Below, one piece after another: positions 11,593 to 25,014 of a DNA stretch of 64,000 nt (its first letter is position 1; the number at the start of each line of letters is the position of its first letter). This DNA comes from Felis catus. Taxonomy: Eukaryota. The notes under the pieces were generated by a model. That model was not told where the DNA came from, did no database searches, and saw only the letters and a program-made list of their open reading frames with translations. The position numbers and the translations under genes are program-made. The stretch spans positions 30,568,001-30,632,000 of the forward strand of contig NC_058383.1 in assembly GCF_018350175.1 (NCBI RefSeq). Reading direction: 5' to 3'.

Positions 11593-12534
11593 CTTTCATA
11601 CTAAAAATTAATTTTGAAAAAGACCCTCTCTTTACAATAGGACTGGAATCAGAGAAGGGTTAACCCAAAGCCTGCATAATTTTACTTAAAATTATTGTGG
11701 AAATAAAGAATGAAAGAATTGGAGTGTTTTTTTTCTTTAATTTTTCATCCAGTCAGTATTTAGTATACAATTGTATGATGTGGTTCATGGGAGTTTTCTT
11801 CAAATGTATTTATTCTTTCAGTTCACATCTGCTGTACAAACACTCTGTATTAAGCAGGAGATTCTGATTTAATGAGATTTATGTGACTTTGAAGGAAGTT
11901 TTTCAAAGAGTTGTTTCCAAAGATGATTGAGTGTGTTGGAAGTTATAGTGTGAGATGCACATATCAGGAGTTAGAGTCTTATTGTTTTGGGGACATAACT
12001 CGTGGAAATTAGGAAGGCAGGCCATAACAACCATAAGAGCGGGTGATATCATCCTTGTTTTAGGTTTGAAAATGGAGACTTAATTGTGTCACTTTCACAA
12101 GGTCACACAATTGATAAGTGTTAGATTTAGAATCTAGATGTGTCTGAGTTCAAAGACCATGCTCTTCCTACCAGTGTCAGAGACCAAGATCCCTTCTCCC
12201 ATTTTGTCAACGTAATAAAACCTCAAAATTTTAGCTAGACATATAGCCACCCAGAATAAAGATTACACAACCCAGACTTTCCTGTAATTGGGTATGGATG
12301 TATAAATAAATTCCATGTGGGAGAGGAAGTAATCTGTTTTGCCTTCTAGGAAACTTCCTAAGAGGTAGCTACCATGTATCTTTGGCCTCTACTTCCTTCC
12401 TTTGTTCTTCCTGCTGGCTGGAGTACCAGCAGCTATCTTGGACAATGAGGTAAAAATCATGTATTGAATATAGAAAGAGCATGAATCCCCAAGAACTATG
12501 CAGCTTCCGTACAGCTTCAGATTGCCTGCCTTTA

Positions 12535-12771
12535 TTTTTTATTTTTTATTTTTAAAAAAAATTTTTTTTCAACGTTTATTTATTTTTGGGACAGAGAGAG
12601 ACAGAGCATGAACGGGGGAGGGGCAGAGAGAGAGGGAGACACAGAATCGGAAACAGGCTCCAGGCTCTGAGCCATCAGCCCAGAGCCCGACGCGGGGCTC
12701 GAACTCCCAGACCGCGAGATCGTGACCTGGCTGAAGTCGGACGCTTAACCGACTGCGCCACCCAGGCGCCC
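12535..12771 (-). mobile_element. Young SINEC_Fc-type SINE with perfect 17-bp TSD, inside an old MLT1-like LTR (~12200-12870)
   Basis: TSD CAGATTGCCTGCCTTTA at 12518-12534 and 12772-12788; CpGs intact. Confidence 0.95.
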
Positions 12772-13899
12772 CAGATTGCCTGCCTTTAGATGTCACTTAT
12801 GTGAAAAAGAAATACATTTCCATTAAATCAGCATCATTAAGGTTTTACTGCAGTTGAACTTAATCCTATTCAACTATTATAACATAGTGCCTTCCAACCT
12901 GTCATCATTTTGTGGGAGAAAGCCCTGAAACTACTATCAGTAACAATTTCACCTCAAAAAATCTTGAGAGAATCAGGTTGCATAAGCCAATACCGATAAA
13001 TATATAGCTTATTGAGAGGGATTGCATGATGTAATTCTTCCTGAAGCAATTGGCAATGGAGATTCACTGCTCCCCAGATCATATGTCGACCTCCCCTTCA
13101 CTTTGCTCAACATTTATGCTCCAAGCAATAAATGGATATAGAATATGGGGAAGAGAGGTCAAGAGAGAGTGTTCTACCTCTTGTCCCTAAGTGCAGTGTA
13201 TGGGTCAGTTCTTAATAAAACCTTTTTAAAAATGTTAGAATGGAAGCAGGGTCAATCATTTTGGATTATAAATGTATTGAGGACACACAGAAAACATCTT
13301 CTATAAACATTATCTCAAGTGTATTATATTTATATAGTATTTGCTGAAGACTATTTTCTCCTCTTGAACTGTCAAGGGACTTTACCAAAAATATTCTTGT
13401 GTCCATATTTGATAAAGATAAACTTATTCCAAGGAATTTTTAAAGTAAGACTAACTCAGAGAAATAACAAGAGAAAAGCTAAGGCTTACTGGCCTTTTTA
13501 CCTCATTCAGAATCCTAAAAAAGTACCCTACATGACATTCACAAAATAGAAATATAATACCGTAACATAAATGGACAGTTTGTACTAAAATGTTGTAAAG
13601 GAAGATGCAGAATTGCATTATTTTTGCTTTTGTGCTGATTTTTTAAAATTATATTTTCATTATTTGTCCATTTCCTTGTGCTACAGGAAATAGTACATTG
13701 AAATACGAAGTTAACATTTAACTTTGAAGTTTCCTTTTTAAAAACTTAAATGAAAAGATTTACAAAAGTCAGTAACTATCTGCTTTCGGTTCTACATTCA
13801 TTTTTTAAGCATGACTCATCTAGCGATTCCTAATTAGTGGTAACCTCCAAATGGGTCGTTTGGCTTAAATTCAATCTCAATTTTTTTTCCCTGTATGGT

Positions 13900-14890
13900 A
13901 TTTGACTTGTTAATTGTCAGTGTAGTCATGGGAGAAAAAGAGTGATTTTTCAACAGCAGGTAACAAATATAAACTAGCATGGGGCCTGTGTATTTCACAG
14001 AGTCCCTAAACCATGTACCTTTGAACTCAATCTAAATACTAGATCACATGATTGCTGTTCAGTCCATTTCTGTCATAATGGCTCTTGAAAAAAGTATGCT
14101 ACTTTTTGACAACCACCTTTTTTTTAAATACCCAATATTACTTCCCCAAAACACATTGAATACATATGCTATGAGAAGTGATAGTTTGACACTATGGTTT
14201 CAGGCAAAGACACTCTCTACAATTTACCCAACACAACTGTTTTAAGTCAGAAAATATCAAGTGGAACAAATTTGAATTGCAAGCCATATTTGGATGAACC
14301 CAAAAGATTTTCCCTGTATGTATACACCAAGATAAAGGGGCAAGGAGGCAGTGACTTCTATAGCATTCTAGTACATTTTGCACATGTACTATTTCCATGA
14401 GTGCTCTCATATCTCAGCTTGTTTTGTCCTAAAGGTGTTTATCTGAGCTCTACTGTTATTCTTTCAAGCAGTTTGAGTGCAAGATAACCTACCCACCAGC
14501 CCCCAAAATGGTTCAGAAATTACTGAAGAAAATGGCATGGAAGGAAAAATGCACCTTTCAAAGAAATGATTACCTTGCTCACCTCCATAATTAAGTCTTA
14601 TCTTCCTCCCTTGCCAAGCACAATAACCCTTCTTTGCATTGTATATTATGTACACACTATATTTATGTACTTTCTATTTTTTATTTGGTACTTCAGTAAA
14701 CTTGTTTTTATTGTTCACTTGATGTATTTTTCTATCTTTGAAAATTTTGAGGATATTTTGGATTGAGATGGAACATATCATAATTTTCCCATTGAAAGTA
14801 ATGGAATTTTTTTTCCCATTCAATGGCTTTTTATTCGGTAGCAAAGCTTTTAGGAATGAGTTGAAGTAATTCAACAAGAGATAGGTATAG
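13900..14890 (+). mobile_element. Putative ancient Tigger/pogo DNA transposon remnant
   Basis: Degenerate DDE_1-like peptides TAGNKYKL..CISQSP/KPCTF and MLLFDNH..LLPQNT; Tigger-like 3' end TTTTCCCATTGAAAGTAATGGAA at ~14785. Confidence 0.45.
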
Positions 14891-14942
14891 AGATTATTCC
14901 CCATGCGAAAATAGACCAACAAGTAGTCTTACTCACTTGACA

Positions 14943-15769
14943 TGTGTTGGACAGAATCTTAATATAGACCCCAAGGTATGCTGTCCTTTTGGCATAAATT
15001 GTCCTGCATAATCCCCAGGACTATAAAGATGATGGATTTTATTCTCATGATCAGGTTATGTTATGTGGCATGGTTGACTTTAAGATAAAGAGATTATCCC
15101 AGTGGGGATGATCTAATCACATGAGCCTTTAAAAAGTAGAGAGTTTTCTCTGGGTGGTCATAAACAGGGATATCAAAGAGACTCAAAGCATGAGCAGGAC
15201 CCAGTTTCAGGGAGATTCTTTGCTGCTGAAGGAGGGGCCACATGTCAAGAACCTAAGATCTGCCTCTAGAAGCTGAGAATGGTCCCAGGTCAACAAGGAG
15301 CAAGACAACAAAGACATCAGTCTTACAACCCCAAGGATGTGAATTCTGCCAACAACCCAAGGTTGTTCAGAAATAGAACTTTCTGCAGTTGAACCTCTAG
15401 ATTAGGATGCAGATTGGTGGATACCCTGATTTCAGCCTTGAGGCATCTTCAGAGAGTTTTCTTTAATGTTTATTTATTTGTTTTGAAAGAGAGCATGTGT
15501 GCATGTGTGAGGAGGGTGAGGGGGCAAGAGAGAGGAGAGAGAGAATCCCAAGCAGGCTCTGCCCTGTCAGCGCAGAACACACATGGGGCTCGAACCCATG
15601 AACTGTGAGATCATAACCTGAGCCCAAATCAAGAGTTGGATACAGCGTGCCTGGGTGGCTCAGTCAGCTAGGTGGCTGACTCTTGGTCTCAGTGCAGGTC
15701 ATGATTTCACGGTTCAGGAGTCTGAGCCCCGCATTGGGCTCTGCCCTGCTAGTGCAGAGCCTGCTTAGG

Positions 15770-15827
<58 letters not shown>

Positions 15828-16066
15828 ACTTTCTCTCTCTGCTCCACCCCAGCTCTTTCTCTCTAAACCAACCAACAAACAAACAAACAAGCTTTAAAAA
15901 GAAGAAGAGTCAGATGCTTAACCGACTGAGCTACCCGGGAGCCCCTACCTTGAGGCCTCTTTAGCAGAGAACTCCAGACCTACAGAACTTGGGACAAATA
16001 AAAGAGTGTTCTTTTAAGTGCTAAGTTTATGGTAATTTGTTACACAGCAACAGAAAGTGAATATAC
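14943..16066 (+). mobile_element. MLT1 (E-like) LTR carrying a SINE-in-SINE insertion (outer - strand 15457-15945; inner + strand ~15643-15904)
   Basis: MLT1 motifs resume on both sides of the SINEs. Outer TSD CCTTGAGGC(A/C)TCTT; inner TSD AAGAGT(TG/CA)GAT. Confidence 0.85.
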
Positions 16067-17592
16067 CCCTTATTAGGATCAACTAAGTTATACTACAGTT
16101 AAAAAAGTATTTTAGAAGCCACAGACTCTCAGAATCTTACAATAGTCAAGGTTTGTTTATTACTAGCACAAATATCTGACATGTGTCATTGGAAGGAGTC
16201 CTCTCACAAAGGTCACCCAGGGACCCAAGATGTGGAGGCTCCCTTTTAGGAAGTGCTTCCATAATTGCTGGGGGAAGAGCAGAGCAAGAGGGTTTTACAG
16301 CAGCCTCGCCATGGCTCATGTCCCTTTGCACACCAGCCATTGACTAGTTGCATTAAGTAGTTGCACGGCTTTGCCCAATGTCAAGGAGGCTGAGAAGTAT
16401 GATCCCCTTTTACTGGCAAACAATGTTCATCTCACCCATGACCCTCTGAGTCTGCTGTCCTTTATCCCCTCACTTCCGGACCTTGGCAGATTCCACCAAT
16501 ACAGTGCATGTGGGGTAGATTGACGAGCACGTCCATTCAGACATCTAAGACTAGCCATTTGCAGAACGAATCAAGCCGACAGGTGTATGCAGTTAAGACT
16601 TCACACGGTTCTTTACATTTCTAAATCAGTTGCCAACATTTAAAAGATTGGAACTTTTCCCGTAAAAATTTCCATCCATGGATTCTCTCAAAACGTTTGG
16701 AGATCTTGCAGTGATCTACTTCAGAGAGCAAGGTGGAACTATGTGGCCTGACCTACAGAGTTTTCTACAGTGCACTGTTACTTGAGAAAAAAGTAGCATA
16801 AAAGTTTTTTATAGTATGTATAATAGAATGTATAGAAAATGAACTAGAAGACATAGGATGTATAGAAAATGAACTGGAAGAATGTAGATCCCACACTATA
16901 AATCATAGTTCCCTAGCAGGAATGGAGCCAGATGGGTGTATTCCATGGCAATCTGGAATTTCAATGAAGTGTTTTATCTGACCATGAAAATTCACCAAGT
17001 TAGGGTTCCAACTTAGTAGACATGAGAATAAGGGTATGCCTTAAATTGAGAAAATGTCTCACTACCATTTATTTTTAAGGTGCTTTATTTTCTTTAACCC
17101 AGCAGAATAAGATTTCAATGCACAAGTGCCCTCACATAATCATTTTTATGAATTCTACATTTCACTTTTATAAGAAAGGGACAAACAATAACCAACCAAC
17201 GTAGGCAAGATTTTTTGTAAAAAGAAAGCAAAACTTCAGAATACTTTACAAGCCAATGCAAATCCACCTTTGCTTGTATGTCCTGTTTAGCACTGTGTCC
17301 AGTTGGTGGTGGTCATAAGGATGATCTTGAGACACTGAGAGAGCATGAATCATCAAAGAGAGATTTTAATTACAATGTGGCTTTACAGTAGAGAACTATG
17401 GTTGTGTCCACTTAGCAGCCCTTCCATTTTAGGAAATGACCGAGCTCTCCATCAGTAGAGGGCTTTTGTCACTTTTGCCCATTTGTAAATTATCCCCCTC
17501 CCCGCCAAAATTCTAGTTTCCTTTTGAAAATTCATCCCTCACCCATGGTGTTCAACACTGCCAGTTGGTAAATCCAGGTGTATGCCCTTTTA

Positions 17593-18125
17593 TCGCAGGC
17601 AGAGTCCTGATTTGTCCCCCAAAGATGTACCTGTCCTAATCTTCAGAACCCATGGATATATTATGGGATATGACAAGCGATAATTAAGGTTTTAAATGGA
17701 ATTAAGGTTGCTCACCATACAACCGTAAAATATGGAGATTATCCTGGATTGGGGGGTGTGGGACAGTGTAAACATAAGGGTGCTTAAGGAGGGAAGAGGG
17801 GAGGCAGGTGAGGAGAGACAGAGGGAGATGTAAGAAAGACAGAAGAACTTTTAGGGGGAGATGCAGCATTGCAGGCTCTGGAGATGGACGAAGGGTCCGT
17901 GAGCCAAGGAACACGGGCCCTCTTTAGACCCTTGGGAAACACAAGGAAACGGATTCTCCCTCAGAGCCTCTGGAAAGGAACGCAGCCCTGTTAAGATCTT
18001 GATTTCAGCCCACTGAGACCTGGGTCAGACTTCTGACCTCCAGAACTGCAAGATGATAGATTTGTGTGGTTTTAAGCCACCGAGGTCGTGGTCACGTGCT
18101 ACAGCAGTGATAAGACACGAATACA
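17593..18125 (+). mobile_element. MLT1D-like MaLR LTR
   Basis: CCCCCAAAGATGT.CCTGTCCTAATC...GGAAACGGATTCTCCCTCAGAGCCTC...CTTCTGACCTCCAGAACTGCAAGAT...AATACA. Confidence 0.8.
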
Positions 18126-18904
18126 GTCCCTCGCTGCTGGAGGAGCCAGTCCTTCTGGCAGATTCTTCTTGTCATCCTCATGTGGAAGCTATGCTTTCTC
18201 CTGCTTCAATTCAACTTTTTTCCTTCTTTGTGTGACTCCCAAGTGTCCTTCTAACAAGTGTATCCTTTTGTTGAAGCTCTTTGGAATATGATCCATTAGG
18301 CAGAGGACCATTTTTCAATAGGTTTTTCATTCCAGGGATTATAATGAAAAGAATTGAAGTGTTCATGAGCCCATAGTTAATCCATTAGTGCCGGGACTTA
18401 GAATCGCCTGTAGGTAATCAAGATTTGAATGGATGAAACTTGTTTTCGTGGGATGTCCTTCTAATCCCATTATTTCAATAATAAGAGGAAGAATAAGGAC
18501 AGGACAGCATGGGAGGTAAGATTCTGGACTTTGGAGCCACACAGAATAGAGTTTAAATCCCACCTCCTCTGCTGACAAAGATGTGAGTTTGGACGTGTGA
18601 CACATTGGGGAAGCATCTCCATTGGCTTGTCCCTTGGTCTTCCACATGGTGTTTTAATCTCCCTGTTTCTGACTCCTGTCTCTTATTTCTCAACTTGTTC
18701 CAGGGAAGCTTATCGATGGCTCCCCCTAAGACTGTGCAAGTCTGAACAGTCTCTAGTCTCAGTCTCTTTCTTTGAGAAGGATGGCCGATGCCACGCCGAT
18801 GTTGAAGATTAAATGGGAATAATACGGGTGAAGCAACTTCTGCAGATCCTGACAGGTGATGAGTCCTCAGCAAATGCTAGTTGATAACATAAAACCAAGG
18901 GCCT

Positions 18905-19790
18905 TTTGAGACAGAGAGACAGAGCGTGACCAGGGGAGGGGCAGAGAGAGAGGGAGACACAGAATCCGAAGCAGGCTCCAAGCTCTGAGCTGTCAGCACA
19001 GAGCCCGACGTGGGGCTCAAACTCACGAACGGGGAGATAATGACCTGAGTTGAAGTTGGATGCTGAACCGACTGAACCAACCAGCCTCCCCTAGGATTTT
19101 TTTTTTTTTTAAATGAAGGATTTCCACTGCTTCGTTAGCACAAAAATTTTTGGTTTTCTTCTGCTTTCCTCAGAGAAAGATATGCAAGGAAGCATCAACA
19201 TGAATTGGTTTTTGTCTTCCTTCTGGCCTGGTGTCATGTTCTGTTTCTGAGAAAACACAAGACCTGAGTGAGGGCCGTGCTCAGTTTTGAAGCTATTCGC
19301 CAAATACCTGATCGACTAATCTTGGTTAACCCTGTCAGTCTACAGTTGAGGAAGCTGAACCTGATCTTTCTAGAAAAGCAACTCTTCAGACCTGTTCCCT
19401 TACTGCAGCCCTCAAAACAATAGATCACGTGCCCGTATGTCTAGATTGACTCCTCATATGAGTGGGGAAGGGGGGTAACGTTCAGGAACATTTACCAGTG
19501 AACTTTTTCCTGAAATTCACGTAAGTACTGACTTGGAAGCAAAGGGCAAGATGAAAGAACAGGGCCGCCTGGGTGGCTCAGTCAGTTAAGCGTCCGACTT
19601 CAGCTTAGGTCATGATCTCATGGGTTGTGAGTTCGGGCCCCACATTGGGCTCTTTGCTGACAGGTCAGAGCCTGGAGCCTGCTTTGGATTCTGTGTCTCC
19701 CTCTCTCTCTGCCCCTCCCCCTGCTCGCTCGCTCTCTCTCTCTCTCTCTCTCAAAAATAAACATTAAAGATTTAAAAAACAAAAAACAAA
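18905..19790. mobile_element. Two Can-SINEs, head to head (18905-19090 -, lacking its tail; 19562-19790 +)
   Basis: Recognisable SINE bodies in opposite orientations. Confidence 0.88.
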
Positions 19791-20811
19791 GATTCCCCAT
19801 TGAGATATAAATATAAAAAACCCAGATTTTCTGTGTTACTGCCTTTTTTGCTGGCACATAACCTCTGCAATTATAGAAAATATACTCCATTTCTACATTA
19901 TATTCTGGGGGGACAAAATATAATTTTTTTCATTGTATATGTATGGAACGTGATTTTAAAGTACTTTTTGTTGGAAGGAACACATTACTTTTGATTGTTT
20001 TAAGTACATTTTACTATGTATTAAAATCCAGTAGAAAATGATTAGCCCTAGATGGGCCATAATATTGTACTAACCTAGGCAAAAAAAAAGGATATAAAAT
20101 CATCTCAAAGGGATATTTTGGTATCAATGATAAATGCTCTGTAGCAAAGTCAGTGTAATTATAAACTTAAATCTAATATATTAAGGACTTAACCTTACTT
20201 TACCTCTGGTAAGCTGAGTGGTCTGTGCTTTATCATGTTTGTTGAGAAACACTACTTTTGAAAACATCTGTGCTGTGATAGCTTCTACAGTAGAGCACTG
20301 CCACTAGGGGCAGCAGCATCTAGTATGTTAGCTGGGTTCCTGGGTTATTTGGGGTGTACATTTTCTGTGTGCAGGAAGATACAGGGGCCTGCTTTGTGAC
20401 TTTGGGAAGTCGCTTCCTGTTGGGCCTGTTTCCCCACCAAGGCTTTGGACTAGATGAGCTGTGAGACCCTGAGAGTTAAAATTCTGTGGCTGGATGATGA
20501 TTATTTTTTGTTGTGATTAGGGGGGAGAGGAGAGTGGAGGTCTGAGTTGTAATTCTGTTGCTTTCACTGTATGACTTGGAGCAAGTCAACCCCTCTCGCT
20601 GGTCCTGAGTTTTCTTAATGGTGAAATGAGATGAAGTCAGTGTTTCCCAAATGCCTGGTCTTTCTACATGCAAATGCTAGTTTCTGGCCAAACACGTTTA
20701 GAAACACAGAGCAGAGAAAGTTGAATGGGCTTTTCCAGGGTCTTTTAAATGACAATATGATAGATACTGAGACACTGGGCCTAAGATGATTGACCGATGA
20801 TGATGATGGTT

Positions 20812-21001
20812 GTACTTTTTTTTCTAGGGCCATCCTGACAAATTACACAAACTGGGTGACTTTAAAACACAGAGGTTTGGGGGCCCCTGAGTGGCTCAGT
20901 TGGTGGAGCATCCAACTTCAGCTCAGGTCGTGAGCTCACAGGTTGTGAGTTTGAGCCCTGCATCCCATCCCGTTCACTGCTGTCAGTACAGAGCCCACTT
21001 T

Positions 21002-21040
<39 letters not shown>

Positions 21041-21520
21041 CCTCTCTGCCCCTCCCCCACTCACACTCCCTCTCTCAAAAATAAATAAAACATTAAAAAA
21101 CAAACAAACATAGAGGTTCGTCATCTCAGAGTCCTAGGTGCCAGAAATCAAGATATTGTCAGGGCCATGTTCCCTCTGAAGTCTCTAGGGAAGATTCTGT
21201 CCTTGCCTCTGCTAGCATCTCATGGTTGCTGACAACCCTTGGTATGCCTTACTTTGTGTCTAAGTAAATCCCAATCTCTGTCTCCATTTTCAGATGGGCT
21301 TCTTCCCTGTGTGATCTCAGCGTGCCTATTTCCAGATCTCCTTCTTTCTCTCATAAAGACACAGGTCACTGCGTTTGGGCCCATCCCAATCCAGTATGAC
21401 CTCTTCTTAATTCGATTACATCTGCAAAGACCTCATTTCCAAATAAGGGCACATTCGTGGGTACTAAGGGTTAAGACTTGAATACATCATTTTGGGGGGA
21501 TACACTTCAACCCACTACGA
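20812..21520 (-). mobile_element. MLT1 (B/C-like) LTR interrupted by a Can-SINE (~20879-21105, +)
   Basis: ACAAATTACACAAACTGGGTGAC...CCAATCCAGTATGACCTCTTCTTAA...TACATCTGCAAAGACC motifs; SINE TSD AAACA(C/T)AGAGGTT. Confidence 0.8.
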
Positions 21521-21669
21521 TGATGATGATGACAGGAAGGAGAGAAAGATTAAGAGAAGGAAGATAATAAGACAAAAGAAATAATTATTGAGCACTTATT
21601 AATTGCCATGCAGTATGCTAAGTGCTTTACCCAGATTATTTCATATAAGCCACTGAGAAACCCTGTGAT

Positions 21670-21900
21670 AGGGACGCCTTGGTGGCTCAGTTGGTTATGA
21701 GCATCCGACTTTGGCTCAGGTCATGATCTTGCTGTTGATGAGTTCAAGTCCTGCCTTGGGCTCTGTTTTGGAAGCTCAGAGCCTGGAGTCTGCTTTGGAT
21801 TCTGTGTTTCCCTCTTTGTCTCTGCCCCTGGCCCTGCTTGTGTGTGCTCTCTCTCTCTCTCTCTCTGTTTCAAAAATAAGTAAATAAATATTAGAAAAAG
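21670..21900 (+). mobile_element. Can-SINE inserted in a MIR (~21580-22070)
   Basis: SINE flanked by AGAAACCCT(G/A)TGA repeats; MIR motifs on both sides. Confidence 0.85.
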
Positions 21901-22274
21901 GGAGAGAGAAAGAAACCCTATGAGAAAGGTGCCATATTCTTGTCACCACTTTTCAGCCAAAGAGACGTAGGTTCTGAGAGGTTGACTGTTACCCAAAGTC
22001 TCTCCACTGGTAGAATGAACCTGACGTTCACTCCAGTTGTGATGGGATCCCCAAGCCTAAGGTCCTACTGCAATGCTGGCTTTTTTGTTACATTACTACA
22101 TGCCTAAATCTCTCGAGGGTTTTGAAGTCTGATAAATGCATCTTCTTCGGAGATTTTACCTCCACAAAATGATGAAACACTTTTTGCCCAAAGTGGGACG
22201 TGTAACAGCTGGTGGTACACATGTTGGTGCAGGTGATACCCGCATGCAGGCCACGTAAGGGAGGAAGTACTCCT

Positions 22275-22670
22275 TTTTAAAACAATTTTTTTTAACTTTA
22301 GAGAGAGTGTGAACTGGGGAGAGGGACAGAATCTTTCTTTTAAATTGTTTATTTATTTTTGAGAGAGAGAAAGAGACAGAAAACAAACAAGGGAGGGGCA
22401 GAGAGAGAGGGAGACAGAGAATCCGAAGCAGGCTCCAGGCTCCGAACTGTCAGCACAGAGTCCGACGAGGGGCTCGAACTCAAGACCGTGAGATCATGAC
22501 CTGAGCTGAAGTCGGACGCCCAACCAACTGAGCCACCCAGGCACCCTGAGAATGTCAAGCAAGCTCCATGCTCAGCCTGACACTGGGCTCCATCCAACGA
22601 CCCTGGGATCACGACCTGAGCTGACATCACGAGTCAGACACTCAAATGACTGAGCCACCCAGGCGCCCCT
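22275..22670 (-). mobile_element. Older Can-SINE split by a younger Can-SINE (~22333-22547), same orientation
   Basis: Two heads (ending ~22547 and ~22670) and two tails; the inner copy is bounded by AGAAT repeats. Confidence 0.85.
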
Positions 22671-25014
22671 AAAAAATTATTTTGAAATAATTGTGGGCTC
22701 CCAGGAAGTTGCTATACGAAGAGTACATGGAGTCCCACGGACTCCTCCCTTGGCTTCCCTAGTGGTGACATCGTAGATAGCTGCAGGGCTATGTCCAAGC
22801 CCGGAAATTGACCCTGATCCAGGATTGTCATCTAGACTACAGACCCCATTCAGATTGCACTAGTGTTTGCTTGTACACGTGTGTGGGTGTCTTGCAACCT
22901 CATCCCGTGTGCAGCTTCCTGTAGCCACCGCCTGCTGGCACAGAACAGATCACCACAGAGGAGCTCCCCCATCTGTGTTCTCTCTCACATCACCGCACGA
23001 CTTCCGGGGGACAGCCCCCGTCTGCGGTCTCTGTTTCCTCAACACCTAACCCTTTCCCCTCTCCCTCTTTGTCAGGGACACCACCCATCCCAGCCTCAGC
23101 GTCCTCAGTGATGGCTGACGCTGTCGAACATGTATCGGGGGTGATTTGGTTGTTCCCCTTGAATTGTACACATTTCTACTTGGGGCAGGAGATGCCGGTG
23201 CACCAGATTCATTGAGGAATGAGATGAAATAAGTCTTCTTTTAAGCAAAGATGTTTCAGTAGCAAAGGTGAGTTATAGTCAAAAAACAACAGCAAAACCG
23301 AACAACCTGGGAGGCGGTCTGCGGACGGGGCAGAGTGAGAGGAATGGTGTGGGAATGCTTAACGTTTACAGAGCCCTGAGTTAGGAAAGAGCTTTGAACC
23401 TAACTTAGAGTCAGAGGGGTTTTAGGATATCCAAGAGAAGGAAGAAAATGCCGGTGTCGTCCCTGGAAATATGTAATATGCCCATTACAAGTAGAAAGTC
23501 AAAGAATGTGTTTTATTCCTGCATTTCAAGGCACTTCTCATTGAAGGAGATTTCAATTTGGCCAGCTACTCGCAACGGTGACTCATCCGGCCAAGTAGGG
23601 GACACACCAGGGCTGGGACAAGGCAGTGGCTTCCTTGGGCATGTCTGGCTGGCCCTTAACAAAGCCTCCTGATCAGAAAAGAGGTGATGTCACCAAAGGG
23701 CAGGTCTGCAGATTTCTCCCATGATCTGGGAGGGAAAACTCACTGCACCTGTCCCCAGAAGAACCAAATGTGCATTGAAGCCAGCACGGCAGAGGTGATG
23801 TGGAGACCAGTGGACGCAAGGAACTAATAAAGATGACTCGGCTAAGTGTGAACTCATTAGTTCAGCTTTTGTGTCTCTTACTGTTAGAGTAATTCAAAGA
23901 ATATATTACAGCACTTTCAGATAAACGGTTTAGGCCCACACTAAGTGAGTCAGAAAAATCAATTAATTTGTAAAACCTTACTGCTGGAAATAACGTAGGT
24001 CCGTCCTTTTCCGGGCAGTGGATTTTTCAAGGTGATTCAGCTTACGGTCCTTGAAGTTTCACTTTGTTTATGAAATAGTAGAGTTGGGTTTTTGCTCACA
24101 TCATTCGTGCATCTCCTCATTTATCCCACACGTATTTATTGGGCCCCTGCTGTGCACCAGACACAGTTGTAGGGAGTAGAGATCTAGGGCTTGATTGAAT
24201 GAATGCAAGTCCTTACGTTCTTGAAGCTTACGTTTCCTGGGGGAGGTGGAGACTAAGGAGATAAACACATCATCCCATGTCCCGCAGTGACATACACTAT
24301 GGGACACACACAAATCAACGTGTAGCAGGAGAGCCCGGAGAAATGAAAATAGCCTGAGTGATGAATCAGTAAGGATTTATTGAACACCTACTATGTGCTA
24401 CGCTTTTTGTGGGTGGTTGGGGGAGGAGTAGAGGAACTAGAAAGGTTTCCTGGACACCCACCTGATGGGCAAGGTATGAATCACAAAACTGATGAGCCTC
24501 AGGGATCATGGCACAGCATTTCCCCCGACAGCCCTCTGAAATGGGTATTACACTCGTTTCACAATGAAGCTTTGGGGATGCCAAAAACTTTAATTACTCC
24601 TCACAGCAGAAAAGTTCCAGCACTAACAACCTAACTCAGATTTCTTTCTGAACCTGTTTCACTCCTGCCACATTCCCTTCTCTGTATAGACAGAAGTGGA
24701 GAAAGGCTTCACGAATGAATAATCTTGGTGGTATTCAACCAGGCATGCAGCAAAAAGATAGCAACGATCAAGTACGAACTAAACCAAAAGGCGTTCTCAA
24801 CTTGATTGTATTATTCTACCAGGGAATCAGAAGGTATCTGAGGGTCTTACGGGTCTCGGGTTCAGCATTTGGAACATAATATATTATTGATGATGGATAC
24901 GTAGAAGTATCGACAAACCAAAACAAAAAAGTGGTCAATGTGATTTCACATAACAGAAATTCTGACTCATAAAAAATAGACCAAAAAATAAGTTGAGCCC
25001 TAGCAGGTATCAAA

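Noticed and set aside
12569..12796. Recurrent ORFs such as [26 protein letters not shown] and GAPGWRSRLSVRLQ (also at 30323-30711 and 51926-52174)
   Set aside because: These are translations of SINE copies, not a gene family.
20298..20314. CTCF-like TGCCACTAGGGGCAGC
   Set aside because: One G short of the core spacing (CCACTAGGGGGC), so the downstream half is out of register.
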